Of a stretch of 64,000 nucleotides of DNA, positions 1-9,565 are shown piece by piece. Below the pieces are notes generated by a model that saw only the letters and a program-made list of their open reading frames with translations, did not search any database and was not told where the DNA came from. The stretch lies in contig JBBAQB010000001.1 of assembly GCA_040400515.1 (NCBI GenBank), positions 139,131 to 203,130 of the forward strand. The letters run 5' to 3'. This DNA comes from Ferruginibacter sp. (lineage in GTDB: Bacteria > Bacteroidota > Bacteroidia > Chitinophagales > Chitinophagaceae). Position 1 is the first letter of the stretch. Each line of letters starts with the position of its first letter. The position numbers and the translations under genes were made by a program.

Positions 1-78
1 GTTGAATTTAAAATAATTTAGTACGATTGTTGTAACAGAAAATAGCAGGATTGTCCATATGGTAAATTTCAATAAAAT

Positions 79-1518
79 ATGATTTCAGAGAATACAACTT
101 ATAAGATATTAATTGTTGATGATAATGAATATGATTTTTTAATTATCAAACAATATATAAAAAATATTAAGGGTTATAATTTTAATGTTGAATGGCGCTA
201 CGATTACGAGGGTGCAATGAACGATGTATGCGAAAAAAAATACGCCCTATACTTGGTGGACTACTACCTTGGTGCAAACACAGGTCTTGATTTTATTAAA
301 GAGGCATTTGAAAAAAAATGTGAGGAGCCAATTATTATTCTTACGGGTAGAGCAGCTCCGGAGCTTGATGCAGAAGTAATGCATGCTGGAGCAGTTGATT
401 ATCTTATTAAAGGGGAAATGGATACAGAGAAGCTTGAAAGGTGTATTAGACACGTAATTGAAAAAAGTATTTCTGTGCGAACCCTCAAGTTAAATGAGAA
501 AAAGTTCAGGCATATTTTTGAGCGATCAAAAGACGCTGTGTTTTTAATAGATTTTGATACAATGTTTTTTACCGATGTAAATGAAGCAACCGTGCGGCTT
601 TTTGAGTACGAAGCAAAAGAAATGAATAATAAATCTGTTTTTGATTTGATGTTATTGGAAGATGAAAAAAGCCAACTTAAAGAGTTGCTGCAAAAGGGAG
701 ACATCGATGATAAAGAAATTCAAATGCAGACCAAAAATAAAGATATTATTTATGGTATTCTCTCGCTTTCAAAAGAAGAGGACGGCACGGGTAAGTTTTT
801 TTTACAGGGAATTATTCATGATATTACTGAATTAAAAAAAATTGAAAAAAATAATGTAAGAGTTGAAAAACTTGGTATGGCCGAAAGGCTCGTTCGCACA
901 CTGGCGCATGAAGTTAGAAATCCTTTAAATAATATTAATCTTTCTCTTGAGCAATTAGCTGAAGAAATAAAGACAGAAGATGCAGTACTATATTTAGAAA
1001 TAATAACCCGAAACAGTAAAAGAATAGAAACGCTGATAACGCAACTGCTTGGTGCCAGCAGGCCTGAAATTATGCGGCAGGAGAATGACCTTGTAGAAAT
1101 ACTGGAAGAATCTTTAGAAGCAGCAGCAGAGAGGATTTTCCTAAGGCACATTAATCTTGAAAAGATTTTGCCGGCAAAAAGATTAATGATTAATGCAGAT
1201 AAGGAAAAGTTGAAAATTGCTTTTCTTAATATTATTATTAATGCAATAGAAGCGATGGAAGATTATGGTAATTTATCTTTAAAACTTGAGGAGACTTCCG
1301 AAGGTTATGATTTGTCAATATCTGATACCGGATGCGGCATTAGCGAAGAAAATTTATCCCGATTGTTTGAACCTTATTTCACCGCAAAAAAGAATGGACT
1401 AGGTTTGGGACTTGCCGCTACCATGAATATTTTACAATCGCACAACGCGGCCATAGAAGTTTCCTCTACGCTAAAGAAAGGGACTACCTTTTTTATAAAT
1501 ATCCCTAAGATGGATTAA
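79..1518 (+). CDS. Hybrid sensor: N-terminal receiver (REC) + PAS + HisKA/HATPase histidine kinase
   Basis: 479-aa ORF. REC motifs are LIVDDNEYD, LYLVDYYL and DYLIKG. H-box is LAHEVRNPLNNI, N-box is NIIINAIEAM, G-boxes are DTGCGI and GLGLGL. Confidence 0.9.
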   Translation: MISENTTYKILIVDDNEYDFLIIKQYIKNIKGYNFNVEWRYDYEGAMNDVCEKKYALYLVDYYLGANTGLDFIKEAFEKKCEEPIIILTGRAAPELDAEVMHAGAVDYLIKGEMDTEKLERCIRHVIEKSISVRTLKLNEKKFRHIFERSKDAVFLIDFDTMFFTDVNEATVRLFEYEAKEMNNKSVFDLMLLEDEKSQLKELLQKGDIDDKEIQMQTKNKDIIYGILSLSKEEDGTGKFFLQGIIHDITELKKIEKNNVRVEKLGMAERLVRTLAHEVRNPLNNINLSLEQLAEEIKTEDAVLYLEIITRNSKRIETLITQLLGASRPEIMRQENDLVEILEESLEAAAERIFLRHINLEKILPAKRLMINADKEKLKIAFLNIIINAIEAMEDYGNLSLKLEETSEGYDLSISDTGCGISEENLSRLFEPYFTAKKNGLGLGLAATMNILQSHNAAIEVSSTLKKGTTFFINIPKMD

Positions 1519-1534
1519 TGATTTTTTGAACTAA

Positions 1535-2251
1535 TTAAAGAAGTAGATAATAATCCTTTAGTAACCTCGTGAATTCATAAGAATAAGTATTCTCGATATT
1601 TTTTATAGTAACTGAACTTTCTGTGCAAATGTTTTTTTTGTGAGATATCCACAAAAATGTTCTAAAAAATGGGTGAGCAGGTGAATGCGATATATTAAAT
1701 TTTTCATTTACAATAAGTGATTCTTTATTTAAGCATTCCTCCATATTTTTTACTGTTGAAAATGGAACCAACAACGCAGCTACCCCCAAATCGCTCAGCT
1801 GTCGTTTTAAAATTGACGAAAGATTTGCAAATGACAGGCCGGTCGCATGCATTGCTAGGTTGCGCGTATCATCAGCACTTTTAAGCTGGTTCTCATAAAA
1901 CGGCGGATTACAAATAATAAGATCGTATTTATAAGTTGGCGCAAAATTATCTATCGAAGTATGGTAAACGGTAATCTTGTCGGACCATGGAGACAGTTCG
2001 ACGTTGTTTTTGGCTTGTTTGTAAGCCATGGCATCTATTTCTACTGCGTCAACAGGAGCGTTGGTTTTTTGTGCCAGCATTAATGAAAGTAAACCCGTAC
2101 CGCAACCAATATCCAGTATCCTGTTTGGAGAAAGTTCATTCTCAAATTTATTTGCTACCCATGCCCCAAATAAACAGGCGTCGGTACACACTTTCATAGC
2201 GCACATATCCTGCTGAATGGTAAACTGTTTAAATTGAAACCAACTATTCAC
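1535..2251 (-). CDS. tRNA (adenine-N6)-methyltransferase, TrmN6/YfiC-like
   Basis: 238-aa ORF with SAM motif I (ILDIGCGTGLLSLMLAQ) and N6-adenine methyltransferase motif IV (ICNPPFY). Confidence 0.75.
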   Translation of the reverse strand: MNSWFQFKQFTIQQDMCAMKVCTDACLFGAWVANKFENELSPNRILDIGCGTGLLSLMLAQKTNAPVDAVEIDAMAYKQAKNNVELSPWSDKITVYHTSIDNFAPTYKYDLIICNPPFYENQLKSADDTRNLAMHATGLSFANLSSILKRQLSDLGVAALLVPFSTVKNMEECLNKESLIVNEKFNISHSPAHPFFRTFLWISHKKNICTESSVTIKNIENTYSYEFTRLLKDYYLLL

Positions 2252-2265
2252 TTCGTAAATTAAGT

Positions 2266-3312
2266 TTAAAAGGCGCTGCTTGCAGAGGGTGTTGTATCCA
2301 TTAACACAAAATCATTAACTAGGTATTTGTGGTATGCTGTTACTGCTATCATTGCAGCATTGTCTGTACAGTATTCAAATGCAGGTATAAAGGTATTCCA
2401 GCCGAGGGCAGCGCCAGTTTGTGTGAGGTGCTTTCGTAGCCCGCTGTTGGCACTTACACCACCTGCTATACACACATTGGTTATTCCCGTCTCCACGACC
2501 GCTTTTTTTAGCTTATTAATAAGGATACTAACTATTCTTTCCTGAACCGATGCACAAATATTTGCCAGATTTTCGTCAATAAACTTTTCTCGTTCATCTG
2601 CAGATACTGTTAAGGCTTCCTTATAAACATTGGCCGTACCTGCATTGTTTAAAAAATAAAGAATAGACGTCTTCAAACCTGAAAAACTAAAATTTAAACC
2701 ATCTATTTTCGGTTCTGGAAATTTGTAAACAGCTTCTCCTTGTAGTGCATATTTATCAATTAAGGGACCGCCAGGGTATGGGAGGCCCAATAACTTTGCT
2801 GTTTTATCAAAAGCTTCGCCTGCTGCATCATCAATGGTTTCACCAATAATTTTCATATTTGTGGGCGATTTACACAATACAATTTGTGTATGACCACCAC
2901 TCACTGTTAAACACAAAAAAGGAAATGATGGTGCTGGCTCTAAAAGTAAATTTGCCAATACATGTGCCTGCATATGGTGTACTGCAATAAGTGGCTTATT
3001 GAGTGAAAGCGCAAGAGATTTTGCAAACTGTCCACCCACTAATAACGCACCAATAAGCCCGGGCGCTTGGGTAAATCCAATCGCATCAATATCTGTGAGG
3101 GAAAGTCCCGATTTTTTTATAGCCGCATCTACAACGGGCACAATATTTTCCATGTGTGCACGGCTTGCAAGCTCGGGAACAACACCTCCGTATTGCTCAT
3201 GTATTTTTTGCGTGGCAATTATATTGCTTAAAATTTTTCCATTGCTAAAAACGGCTGCGGCTGTTTCATCACAGGAAGATTCTATGGCGAGTATGGTCGG
3301 ATTGTGAATAAT
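2266..3312 (-). CDS. tsaD: tRNA N6-adenosine threonylcarbamoyltransferase TsaD (Kae1/Gcp family)
   Basis: The track ORF is 2266..3153 (MENIVP...). A further 53 in-frame codons upstream read ..TILAIESSCDETAAAVF...GGVVPELASRAH, the hallmark TsaD N-terminus. That extension has no ATG/GTG/TTG, so the 5' end (ATT at 3312) is provisional. Confidence 0.85.
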   Translation of the reverse strand: MIHNPTILAIESSCDETAAAVFSNGKILSNIIATQKIHEQYGGVVPELASRAHMENIVPVVDAAIKKSGLSLTDIDAIGFTQAPGLIGALLVGGQFAKSLALSLNKPLIAVHHMQAHVLANLLLEPAPSFPFLCLTVSGGHTQIVLCKSPTNMKIIGETIDDAAGEAFDKTAKLLGLPYPGGPLIDKYALQGEAVYKFPEPKIDGLNFSFSGLKTSILYFLNNAGTANVYKEALTVSADEREKFIDENLANICASVQERIVSILINKLKKAVVETGITNVCIAGGVSANSGLRKHLTQTGAALGWNTFIPAFEYCTDNAAMIAVTAYHKYLVNDFVLMDTTPSASSAF

Positions 3313-3377
3313 GGATGGTGAATTGTAAATGATAAATAATTAAGTGCGCAATTTATAACATGCGTAGGATTTTAAAA

Positions 3378-3412
3378 AATTTGCGAACCAGCGTGTCCTT
3401 CATTCGCAAATT
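3378..3412 (-). terminator. Putative intrinsic terminator of the ABC permease gene
   Basis: 10-bp inverted repeat AATTTGCGAA / TTCGCAAATT with a 15-nt loop, 5 nt downstream of the minus-strand stop. It is followed on the minus strand by TTTTAAAA. Confidence 0.5.
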
Positions 3413-3416
3413 GCTA

Positions 3417-4658
3417 CTAACTTCTTATTGCAACCACGGGATCCATTTTTGCGGCCTGCCTCGCAGGTATAATACCAGCGAGTATACCTACAACAATACA
3501 AATGATGATGGTAGCAAATAAAAGTGGCAGCGAAATAAATACCGGAAATTTAAATGGTCCTGAGAGTATGAGCGTAAGGATCCAAACAAAAAATAAACCT
3601 ACTGCACCGCCTAATATACACATCAGTGCGGCTTCCATTAAAAACTCCAATAATATGGAGGAACTTTTTGCACCAATGGCTTTTTTTAAACCAATAATAG
3701 AGGTTCTTTCTTTTACTGTAACAAACATAATATTCGCAATGCCGAAAAGCCCTACTATTAAACTAATACCACCAATAAATCCACCAACTATATTTAGGGT
3801 GCCAAAAAAGCCCGAAATGGCTTTGCTAAACGCTTCAACACTATTCAAAGAAAAATTATCTTCTTCTCTTGGGCTTAGTTTACGAACCTGGCGCATAATG
3901 CCTCTTAGCTCCTGGTACAATGCATCTGTGCTCACTCCATCTTTTCCTTTTACAATTAAAACAGGGTTTGCATTTTTCTCATCAAATAATTGTCTGCAAT
4001 ATTTGTAAGGCATCATTATGCAGTTATCATAATCCCAGCCAATCATATTTTTTCCTTGTTTTTTAATAACCCCCACCACCGTCATTATCTTACCTTTTAC
4101 CTCAACTTGTTTACCACCTGCTCTATCTGCAGATCCAAATAGTTTTTCGGCATTTTCAAAACCAATAATGCATACATTCGTAGCGTTGTTAAACTCATTT
4201 GCAGAAAAGTAACGCCCAACTTCGAAAAGAATGGGCTGCAAAGCAATTTGCGCAGCGTTTATGCCGTAAACCGAAACACCATTTAATACGTCATTTCTAT
4301 AAGACAGATTCCCGCCTGTCTGCATTAAAAAAGTAACATCCTGTGTTAGTTCCGATCTTTCTTTCACCATTCCTTCTTCTTCGTATTTCATTACAGGTCT
4401 TGCCCTCAGTTTCCAAAAAGGTTTGTTGGGACCACCGCTGTAGTCCCATTTGTCAATATAAATGGTATTGCTGCCCAGGCTGTTTACCTCGTTTTGTATA
4501 TTTTGTTCCAGACTGTTTACAGTGGCAAGAACACCGATAATACAAAATATACCAAAAGCTACACCTGTGAGGCTTAATGCAGTTCTTGTTTTGTTTACTT
4601 TTAATTCCTGCAGGGTTAGCCGTAAAGAATTTGCCAGAATTGTAAGCGTATTTGCCAT
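3417..4658 (-). CDS. ABC transporter permease, MacB/FtsX family
   Basis: 413-aa ORF with an N-terminal TM helix, a large periplasmic MacB-like domain, and a C-terminal FtsX-type 3-TM bundle (..GLKKAIGAKSSSILLEFLMEA..). Confidence 0.85.
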   Translation of the reverse strand: MANTLTILANSLRLTLQELKVNKTRTALSLTGVAFGIFCIIGVLATVNSLEQNIQNEVNSLGSNTIYIDKWDYSGGPNKPFWKLRARPVMKYEEEGMVKERSELTQDVTFLMQTGGNLSYRNDVLNGVSVYGINAAQIALQPILFEVGRYFSANEFNNATNVCIIGFENAEKLFGSADRAGGKQVEVKGKIMTVVGVIKKQGKNMIGWDYDNCIMMPYKYCRQLFDEKNANPVLIVKGKDGVSTDALYQELRGIMRQVRKLSPREEDNFSLNSVEAFSKAISGFFGTLNIVGGFIGGISLIVGLFGIANIMFVTVKERTSIIGLKKAIGAKSSSILLEFLMEAALMCILGGAVGLFFVWILTLILSGPFKFPVFISLPLLFATIIICIVVGILAGIIPARQAAKMDPVVAIRS

Positions 4659-4901
4659 ACTGTAAAGGTATCAATAAAAAAAATTGCTCATTTGCATAAT
4701 CGTCCTTATAAACTACCGTTTAAATAATTTAGGTATTCAACAACTCTAAATAACGAAATAAAGTAAGTTGAAACAAATAATAACAACACCGGCTGCCCTA
4801 ATAATATCCCTACTGTTAAAGCCGATGCAAGTATTAGATTCTTGGATGAAGCAAGGAAATATTATTGCATCAAACATTTAAATGATTAAAACGGCAATAG
4901 T

Positions 4902-4909
4902 TACCTTTG
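4902..4909 (+). promoter_or_regulatory. Bacteroidota sigma-A -7 box (TAnnTTTG) for prfC
   Basis: TACCTTTG lies 19 nt upstream of the prfC ATG and matches the TAnnTTTG consensus. Confidence 0.5.
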
Positions 4910-4927
4910 CGCTCGCAAAAGAAATAA

Positions 4928-6517
4928 ATGAAATACAACGCAGAAATAGAAAGACGCAAAACCTTCGCCATCATATCTCACCCCGATGCAGGTAAAACAA
5001 CTCTTACCGAAAAGTTTTTGTTGTTTGGTGGGGCCATACAGACAGCAGGTGCGGTTAAAAGCAACAAGATTAAAAAACATGCTACGTCAGATTTTATGGA
5101 GATAGAGCGGCAGCGTGGAATATCTGTAGCCACCTCTGTTATGACTTTTGAATACGATGGACATTTAATAAACCTTTTAGATACTCCCGGTCACAAGGAT
5201 TTTGCTGAAGATACTTATCGCACATTAACTGCAGTGGATAGTGTGGTTCTTGTTATTGATTCTGTAAATGGGGTGGAGCCTCAAACAAGAAGGCTGATGG
5301 AGGTTATCGCCATGCGAAAAACACCCGTCATCGTTTTTATAAATAAGATGGATAGGGATGGTAAAAACCGTTTTGATTTGCTCGAAGAAATAGAAAATGA
5401 ATTAAAAATACAGTTGCACCCAATGACCGTGCCGATAAACAGCGGTAAAGATTTTAAAGGGGTGTACGATCTTCATAAAAAAAGTTTGGTATTGTTTTCT
5501 GCAGGTACAAAAGCAAACGATGAAAATGTTGTAGAAATTACTGATATAAACGATAAGGTTTTAGATGCTAAAATAGGAGAGAAAGATGCTGCTGTATTGA
5601 GAGAGGATGTGGAGCTGATTGATGGCGTGTATGGCGAATTAAATGAGGCAGATTACTTAAGTGGAAATACAGCACCCGTATTTTTTGGCAGTGCTGTAAA
5701 TAATTTTGGTGTAAAGGAAATGCTTGACACTTTTGTGAGAATAGCACCAACACCTCGCCCACGACACACTACAACACGAGATGTATTGCCTGAAGAAGAA
5801 AAATTCAGTGGTTTTATTTTCAAGATTCATGCAAATTTAGATCCCAAACACAGAGACAGAATTGCTTTTTTAAGGGTTTGTAGCGGAAGGTTTGCAAGGC
5901 ACACTTATTACAACCATGTTCGTTTAGAAAAAGATATGCGTTTTACAAATCCCTACAGTTTTCTTGCCCGCCAAAAAGACGTTATTGAAGAGGCGTACCC
6001 TGGTGATGTGGTAGGATTGTTTGATACCGGTAATTTTAAAATAGGCGATACACTTACAGAAGGCGAAAATTTTTATTTTACAGGAATACCAAGTTTTTCT
6101 CCAGAGATATTTAAAGAAGTGGTAAACAAAGATCCGATGAAAACCAAGCAGCTGGAAAAGGGCTTGAACCAGCTGACAGACGAAGGTGTAGCGCAGCTTT
6201 TTACACAGTTTGGTGGCAATAAAAAAATTATTGGTTGTGTAGGAGAGTTGCAGTTTGAAGTAATACAATATCGTTTGCTGCAGGAGTATGGCGCATCTGT
6301 ACAAATGAACAGCCTGCCATTTTTTAAAGCCTGCTGGCTCACGGCAACTGACCCTAAGAAACTGGAAGATTTTACAAAATACAAACAGGCAAATATTGCC
6401 GAAGACAAGGATGGTAATGTTGTTTATTTAGCGCAGAGCGAATGGTTTTTAAATACCGAAATCAGTAATAATTCTGATATAGTTTTTCATTTTACAAGTG
6501 AGATGAACAAGGTGTAG
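4928..6517 (+). CDS. prfC: Peptide chain release factor 3
   Basis: 529-aa ORF with GTPase motifs [14 protein letters not shown] and NKMD. Length and domain order are typical of RF3. Confidence 0.95.
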   Translation: MKYNAEIERRKTFAIISHPDAGKTTLTEKFLLFGGAIQTAGAVKSNKIKKHATSDFMEIERQRGISVATSVMTFEYDGHLINLLDTPGHKDFAEDTYRTLTAVDSVVLVIDSVNGVEPQTRRLMEVIAMRKTPVIVFINKMDRDGKNRFDLLEEIENELKIQLHPMTVPINSGKDFKGVYDLHKKSLVLFSAGTKANDENVVEITDINDKVLDAKIGEKDAAVLREDVELIDGVYGELNEADYLSGNTAPVFFGSAVNNFGVKEMLDTFVRIAPTPRPRHTTTRDVLPEEEKFSGFIFKIHANLDPKHRDRIAFLRVCSGRFARHTYYNHVRLEKDMRFTNPYSFLARQKDVIEEAYPGDVVGLFDTGNFKIGDTLTEGENFYFTGIPSFSPEIFKEVVNKDPMKTKQLEKGLNQLTDEGVAQLFTQFGGNKKIIGCVGELQFEVIQYRLLQEYGASVQMNSLPFFKACWLTATDPKKLEDFTKYKQANIAEDKDGNVVYLAQSEWFLNTEISNNSDIVFHFTSEMNKV

Positions 6518-6610
6518 GAGGTTGATGAGTTTTTTTAGAAAGGCAGATATGCATTTATTTAAAAAATTATGCGCCTTTGTTGTAAACTCAAAAGTTATTA
6601 AATTTGTTTT

Positions 6611-6811
6611 ATGTACAAAATGGATAAAACTGTTAGTAAAGGAATGACTTTTAAAGAGGCAGAGCAACAGAAACTTTTCCCAAAAGAAACTTCGGTTTCA
6701 GAGAGGTTGAAGCAGGGATGGTATCTTACCTGCATGGCTTACGGAATTGATCCATTAAATCCTCCAAAGATGGATAAGTCCGTTGGTACTTCCAGAAAAC
6801 ATTCATTGTAA
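6611..6811 (+). CDS. Small hypothetical protein, possible partner/antitoxin-like component of the downstream nucleotidyltransferase
   Basis: 66-aa ORF. Its stop overlaps the next ATG (TAATG at 6809-6813). A TAAATTTG box sits at 6599-6606. The peptide has an internal KMDK(T/S)V repeat. Confidence 0.4.
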   Translation: MYKMDKTVSKGMTFKEAEQQKLFPKETSVSERLKQGWYLTCMAYGIDPLNPPKMDKSVGTSRKHSL

Positions 6812-7269
6812 TGGGAAATATTTTCAATCACGATTTTAGAGATTTCATAAAATCACTCAATAACAATCAGGTAGATTATATCTTGGTTGGGGGGTATGCC
6901 GTCATTCTGCATGGTTATAGAAGAACAACCGGCGATATGGATATTTGGGTTAGAAATGATACAACTAATTACGAAAAATTACTTAAAGCATTTTTTGAAT
7001 TCGATCTCCCTATTGCAGATATGACAATCGAAAATTTTTTGAACACCGAAAAGATGGATGTGTTTTCTTGGGGAAGATTGCCGATCGTTATAGAAATTAT
7101 GACTGCTTTAAAAGGTTGTAATTTTGATGAGGCATTTAAACTCAGCCAGATTTATAAAGATGATGGTTTAGAAATTAGAACAATACATCTAAATACATTG
7201 AAGCAATCTAAAAAAGCTGCAGGCCGTTATAAAGATTTAGATGATTTAGAAAAACTATCAGCACTCTAA
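6811..7269 (+). CDS. Minimal nucleotidyltransferase-fold protein (MNT/AbiEii-like)
   Basis: 152-aa ORF. VGGYAVILHGYRRTTGDMDIWV fits the G[GS]-x(9-13)-DxD pol-beta NTase signature. The C-terminal AAGRYKDLDDLEKL is typical of small standalone NTases. Confidence 0.6.
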   Translation: MGNIFNHDFRDFIKSLNNNQVDYILVGGYAVILHGYRRTTGDMDIWVRNDTTNYEKLLKAFFEFDLPIADMTIENFLNTEKMDVFSWGRLPIVIEIMTALKGCNFDEAFKLSQIYKDDGLEIRTIHLNTLKQSKKAAGRYKDLDDLEKLSAL

Positions 7270-7280
7270 AATTGATTAAT

Positions 7281-8621
7281 TTATCCTTTGACTCCCGTGT
7301 AATTATGAGGACTCACCGCTTTTAATTCTTTTTTTAGTGCTGCTGAAATGGATAACCCATTTATAAACTCATGCATAGAAGTTTTGTCAATGGCATTTTT
7401 ACCTCTTGTTAAATCCTTTAGTGCTTCGTAAGGCTTGGGGTAATTTTCTCTGCGTAAGATGGTTTGAATTGCTTCTGCTACCACCGCCCAGTTATTATCT
7501 AAATCAGTTTTTAATTTCGTTTCATTTAAAATCAATTTGCCCAATCCTTTTTCCAATGATTTTAAGGAAATGATAGTGTGTGCAATAGGTACACCGATGT
7601 TGCGTAAAACGGTACTGTCCGTTAAGTCTCTTTGCAAACGACTGATGGGCAATTTGGCTGAAAGGTGCTCCAGTATTGCATTTGCCATTCCAAAATTACC
7701 TTCCGCATTTTCAAAATCAATGGGATTTACTTTATGCGGCATGGCACTGCTGCCTACTTCACCTTTTTTTGTTTGCTGTTTAAAATAATCAACACTAATA
7801 TAACTCCACATATCTCTACACAAATCAATGAGAATATTATTAATGCGTTTTATCGCATCAAAATGAGCAGCGAGTGTATCATAATGTTCAATTTGTGTTG
7901 TGTATTGTTGCCTTTGTAAACCCAGTTTATTTTCTAAAAACCCATTGGCAAATTTTACCCAGTTGTGTTTTGGATAAGCTACAGCGTGAGCATTAAAGTT
8001 ACCGGTTGCTCCACCAAATTTTCCGGAAAAAGGTATGTGGCTAAACAGTTGAATCTGGTTTTCCAGTCTTTCTACAAAAACCATCATTTCTTTACCAAGC
8101 AAAACCGGAGATGCAGCCTGTCCATGAGTGCGTGCAAGCATGGGAATGTTTTTCCAGTCAGTTGCCAGCTTTTTTAAATGTTTTTGCAGGTTAATGATGG
8201 CTGGTAAATATTCAAACTCAACAGCATCTTTCCAAAGCATGGGCACTGCAGTATTATTAATATCCTGAGATGTTAGACCAAAATGTATCCATTCCTTCAA
8301 TTCACTTAGACCCAAAAGATCCATTTTTTCTTTTAAAAAATATTCAACCGCCTTCACATCGTGGTTGGTTATGGCCTCAGTCTTTTTTATGTGCAGAGCA
8401 TCGTCCTCACTAAAGTTTTCAATAAGTGAGCGGAGCGATTTTTTATTTTTTGCATCAATCTTAAAAAATTTATGTTCTGCCAATGTAATAAAATATTCCA
8501 CTTCTACTTTTGAGCGATATTTTATAAGTGCATATTCTGAAAAATATTGAGCAAGTTGCAGGGTAGCTTTGTTATAGCGACCATCTACAGGTGAAATAGC
8601 AGTAAGTGGCGAAAGTTGCAT
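7281..8621 (-). CDS. purB: Adenylosuccinate lyase
   Basis: Carries the fumarate-lyase signature SSAMPHKVNP. The N-terminus MQLSPLTAISPVDGRY matches the canonical PurB start, so the start is moved from the track's 8651 to the internal Met at 8621. Confidence 0.95.
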   Translation of the reverse strand: MQLSPLTAISPVDGRYNKATLQLAQYFSEYALIKYRSKVEVEYFITLAEHKFFKIDAKNKKSLRSLIENFSEDDALHIKKTEAITNHDVKAVEYFLKEKMDLLGLSELKEWIHFGLTSQDINNTAVPMLWKDAVEFEYLPAIINLQKHLKKLATDWKNIPMLARTHGQAASPVLLGKEMMVFVERLENQIQLFSHIPFSGKFGGATGNFNAHAVAYPKHNWVKFANGFLENKLGLQRQQYTTQIEHYDTLAAHFDAIKRINNILIDLCRDMWSYISVDYFKQQTKKGEVGSSAMPHKVNPIDFENAEGNFGMANAILEHLSAKLPISRLQRDLTDSTVLRNIGVPIAHTIISLKSLEKGLGKLILNETKLKTDLDNNWAVVAEAIQTILRRENYPKPYEALKDLTRGKNAIDKTSMHEFINGLSISAALKKELKAVSPHNYTGVKG

Positions 8622-8645
8622 AAATGAAAATAGTTTGAAGTAATT

Positions 8646-9416
8646 TTGCACGAATTTAAACGAAACGAGTTGGAAAGAAAAATAAGGGTTGCAGCAGTAA
8701 GTTACTTAAATACAAAACCGCTTATTTATGGTTTTGAAAAAGGCATGATGCACGATGAAATAGACTTGGTTACGGATTTTCCGGCAAGCATTGCTGATAT
8801 GCTGATGCGTGATGAAGTAGATATTTCTTTGGTGCCTGTAGCTACTATTCCCTCTTTAAACGAATACCATATTATTACAGATTATTGCATAGGTACTACT
8901 GGTGAAGTGGCAAGTGTTTGTCTTTTTAGTGACGTACCGTTGGAAGAAATACAAACAATATTGCTAGATTACCAGAGCAGGAGTTCGGTAGGATTATTAA
9001 AAGTATTGGTAAAAGATTTTTGGAAGATAAATGTTGAACTGGTGAGTTCGACATCGGGTTATGAAAATAGAATAAGCGGCACCACCGCTGGGTTGGTTAT
9101 TGGCGACCGTGCATTTATTCAACGAAAAAGTAGAAGATATATTTATGACCTTGGTAGTGCATGGGTAGAAATGACGGGGCTGCCTTTTGTATTTGCTGCA
9201 TGGGTCAGCAATAAAAAATTGTCTGATGAATTTGTAGAGAAATTTAATGAAGCAACGGGTGCAGGTTTTGATAACCTGCCCGAAATAGTTGCTGCAAACC
9301 CTTACGAGCCTTACGACTTAAAAAAATACTATACCGAAAATATCAGTTTCACTTTAGATGAGGAGAAGAGGAAAGGGTTGGAGGAATATTTGAGGAGGTT
9401 GACAACTTTAAAATAA
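8646..9416 (+). CDS. mqnA: Chorismate dehydratase MqnA (futalosine menaquinone pathway)
   Basis: The N-terminus IRVAAVSYLNTKPLIYGF is the typical MqnA/VitK2-biosynthesis start. The track start at 8646 is TTG. A second in-frame TTG at 8670 is equally plausible. Confidence 0.8.
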   Translation: MHEFKRNELERKIRVAAVSYLNTKPLIYGFEKGMMHDEIDLVTDFPASIADMLMRDEVDISLVPVATIPSLNEYHIITDYCIGTTGEVASVCLFSDVPLEEIQTILLDYQSRSSVGLLKVLVKDFWKINVELVSSTSGYENRISGTTAGLVIGDRAFIQRKSRRYIYDLGSAWVEMTGLPFVFAAWVSNKKLSDEFVEKFNEATGAGFDNLPEIVAANPYEPYDLKKYYTENISFTLDEEKRKGLEEYLRRLTTLK

Positions 9417-9565
9417 ATGATTTTTTCAATTAAATATTGGGTTGAAAATTTTTTTTCATTATTCCAAAAACTCGTAAGAATCTGTCCCTGCAGTTAAATA
9501 GTATCGCAAAAATGGAATAGTAAGGGTGCCTGTACAATAAAAATTTTTCAAAGCATTGGTTCTTA

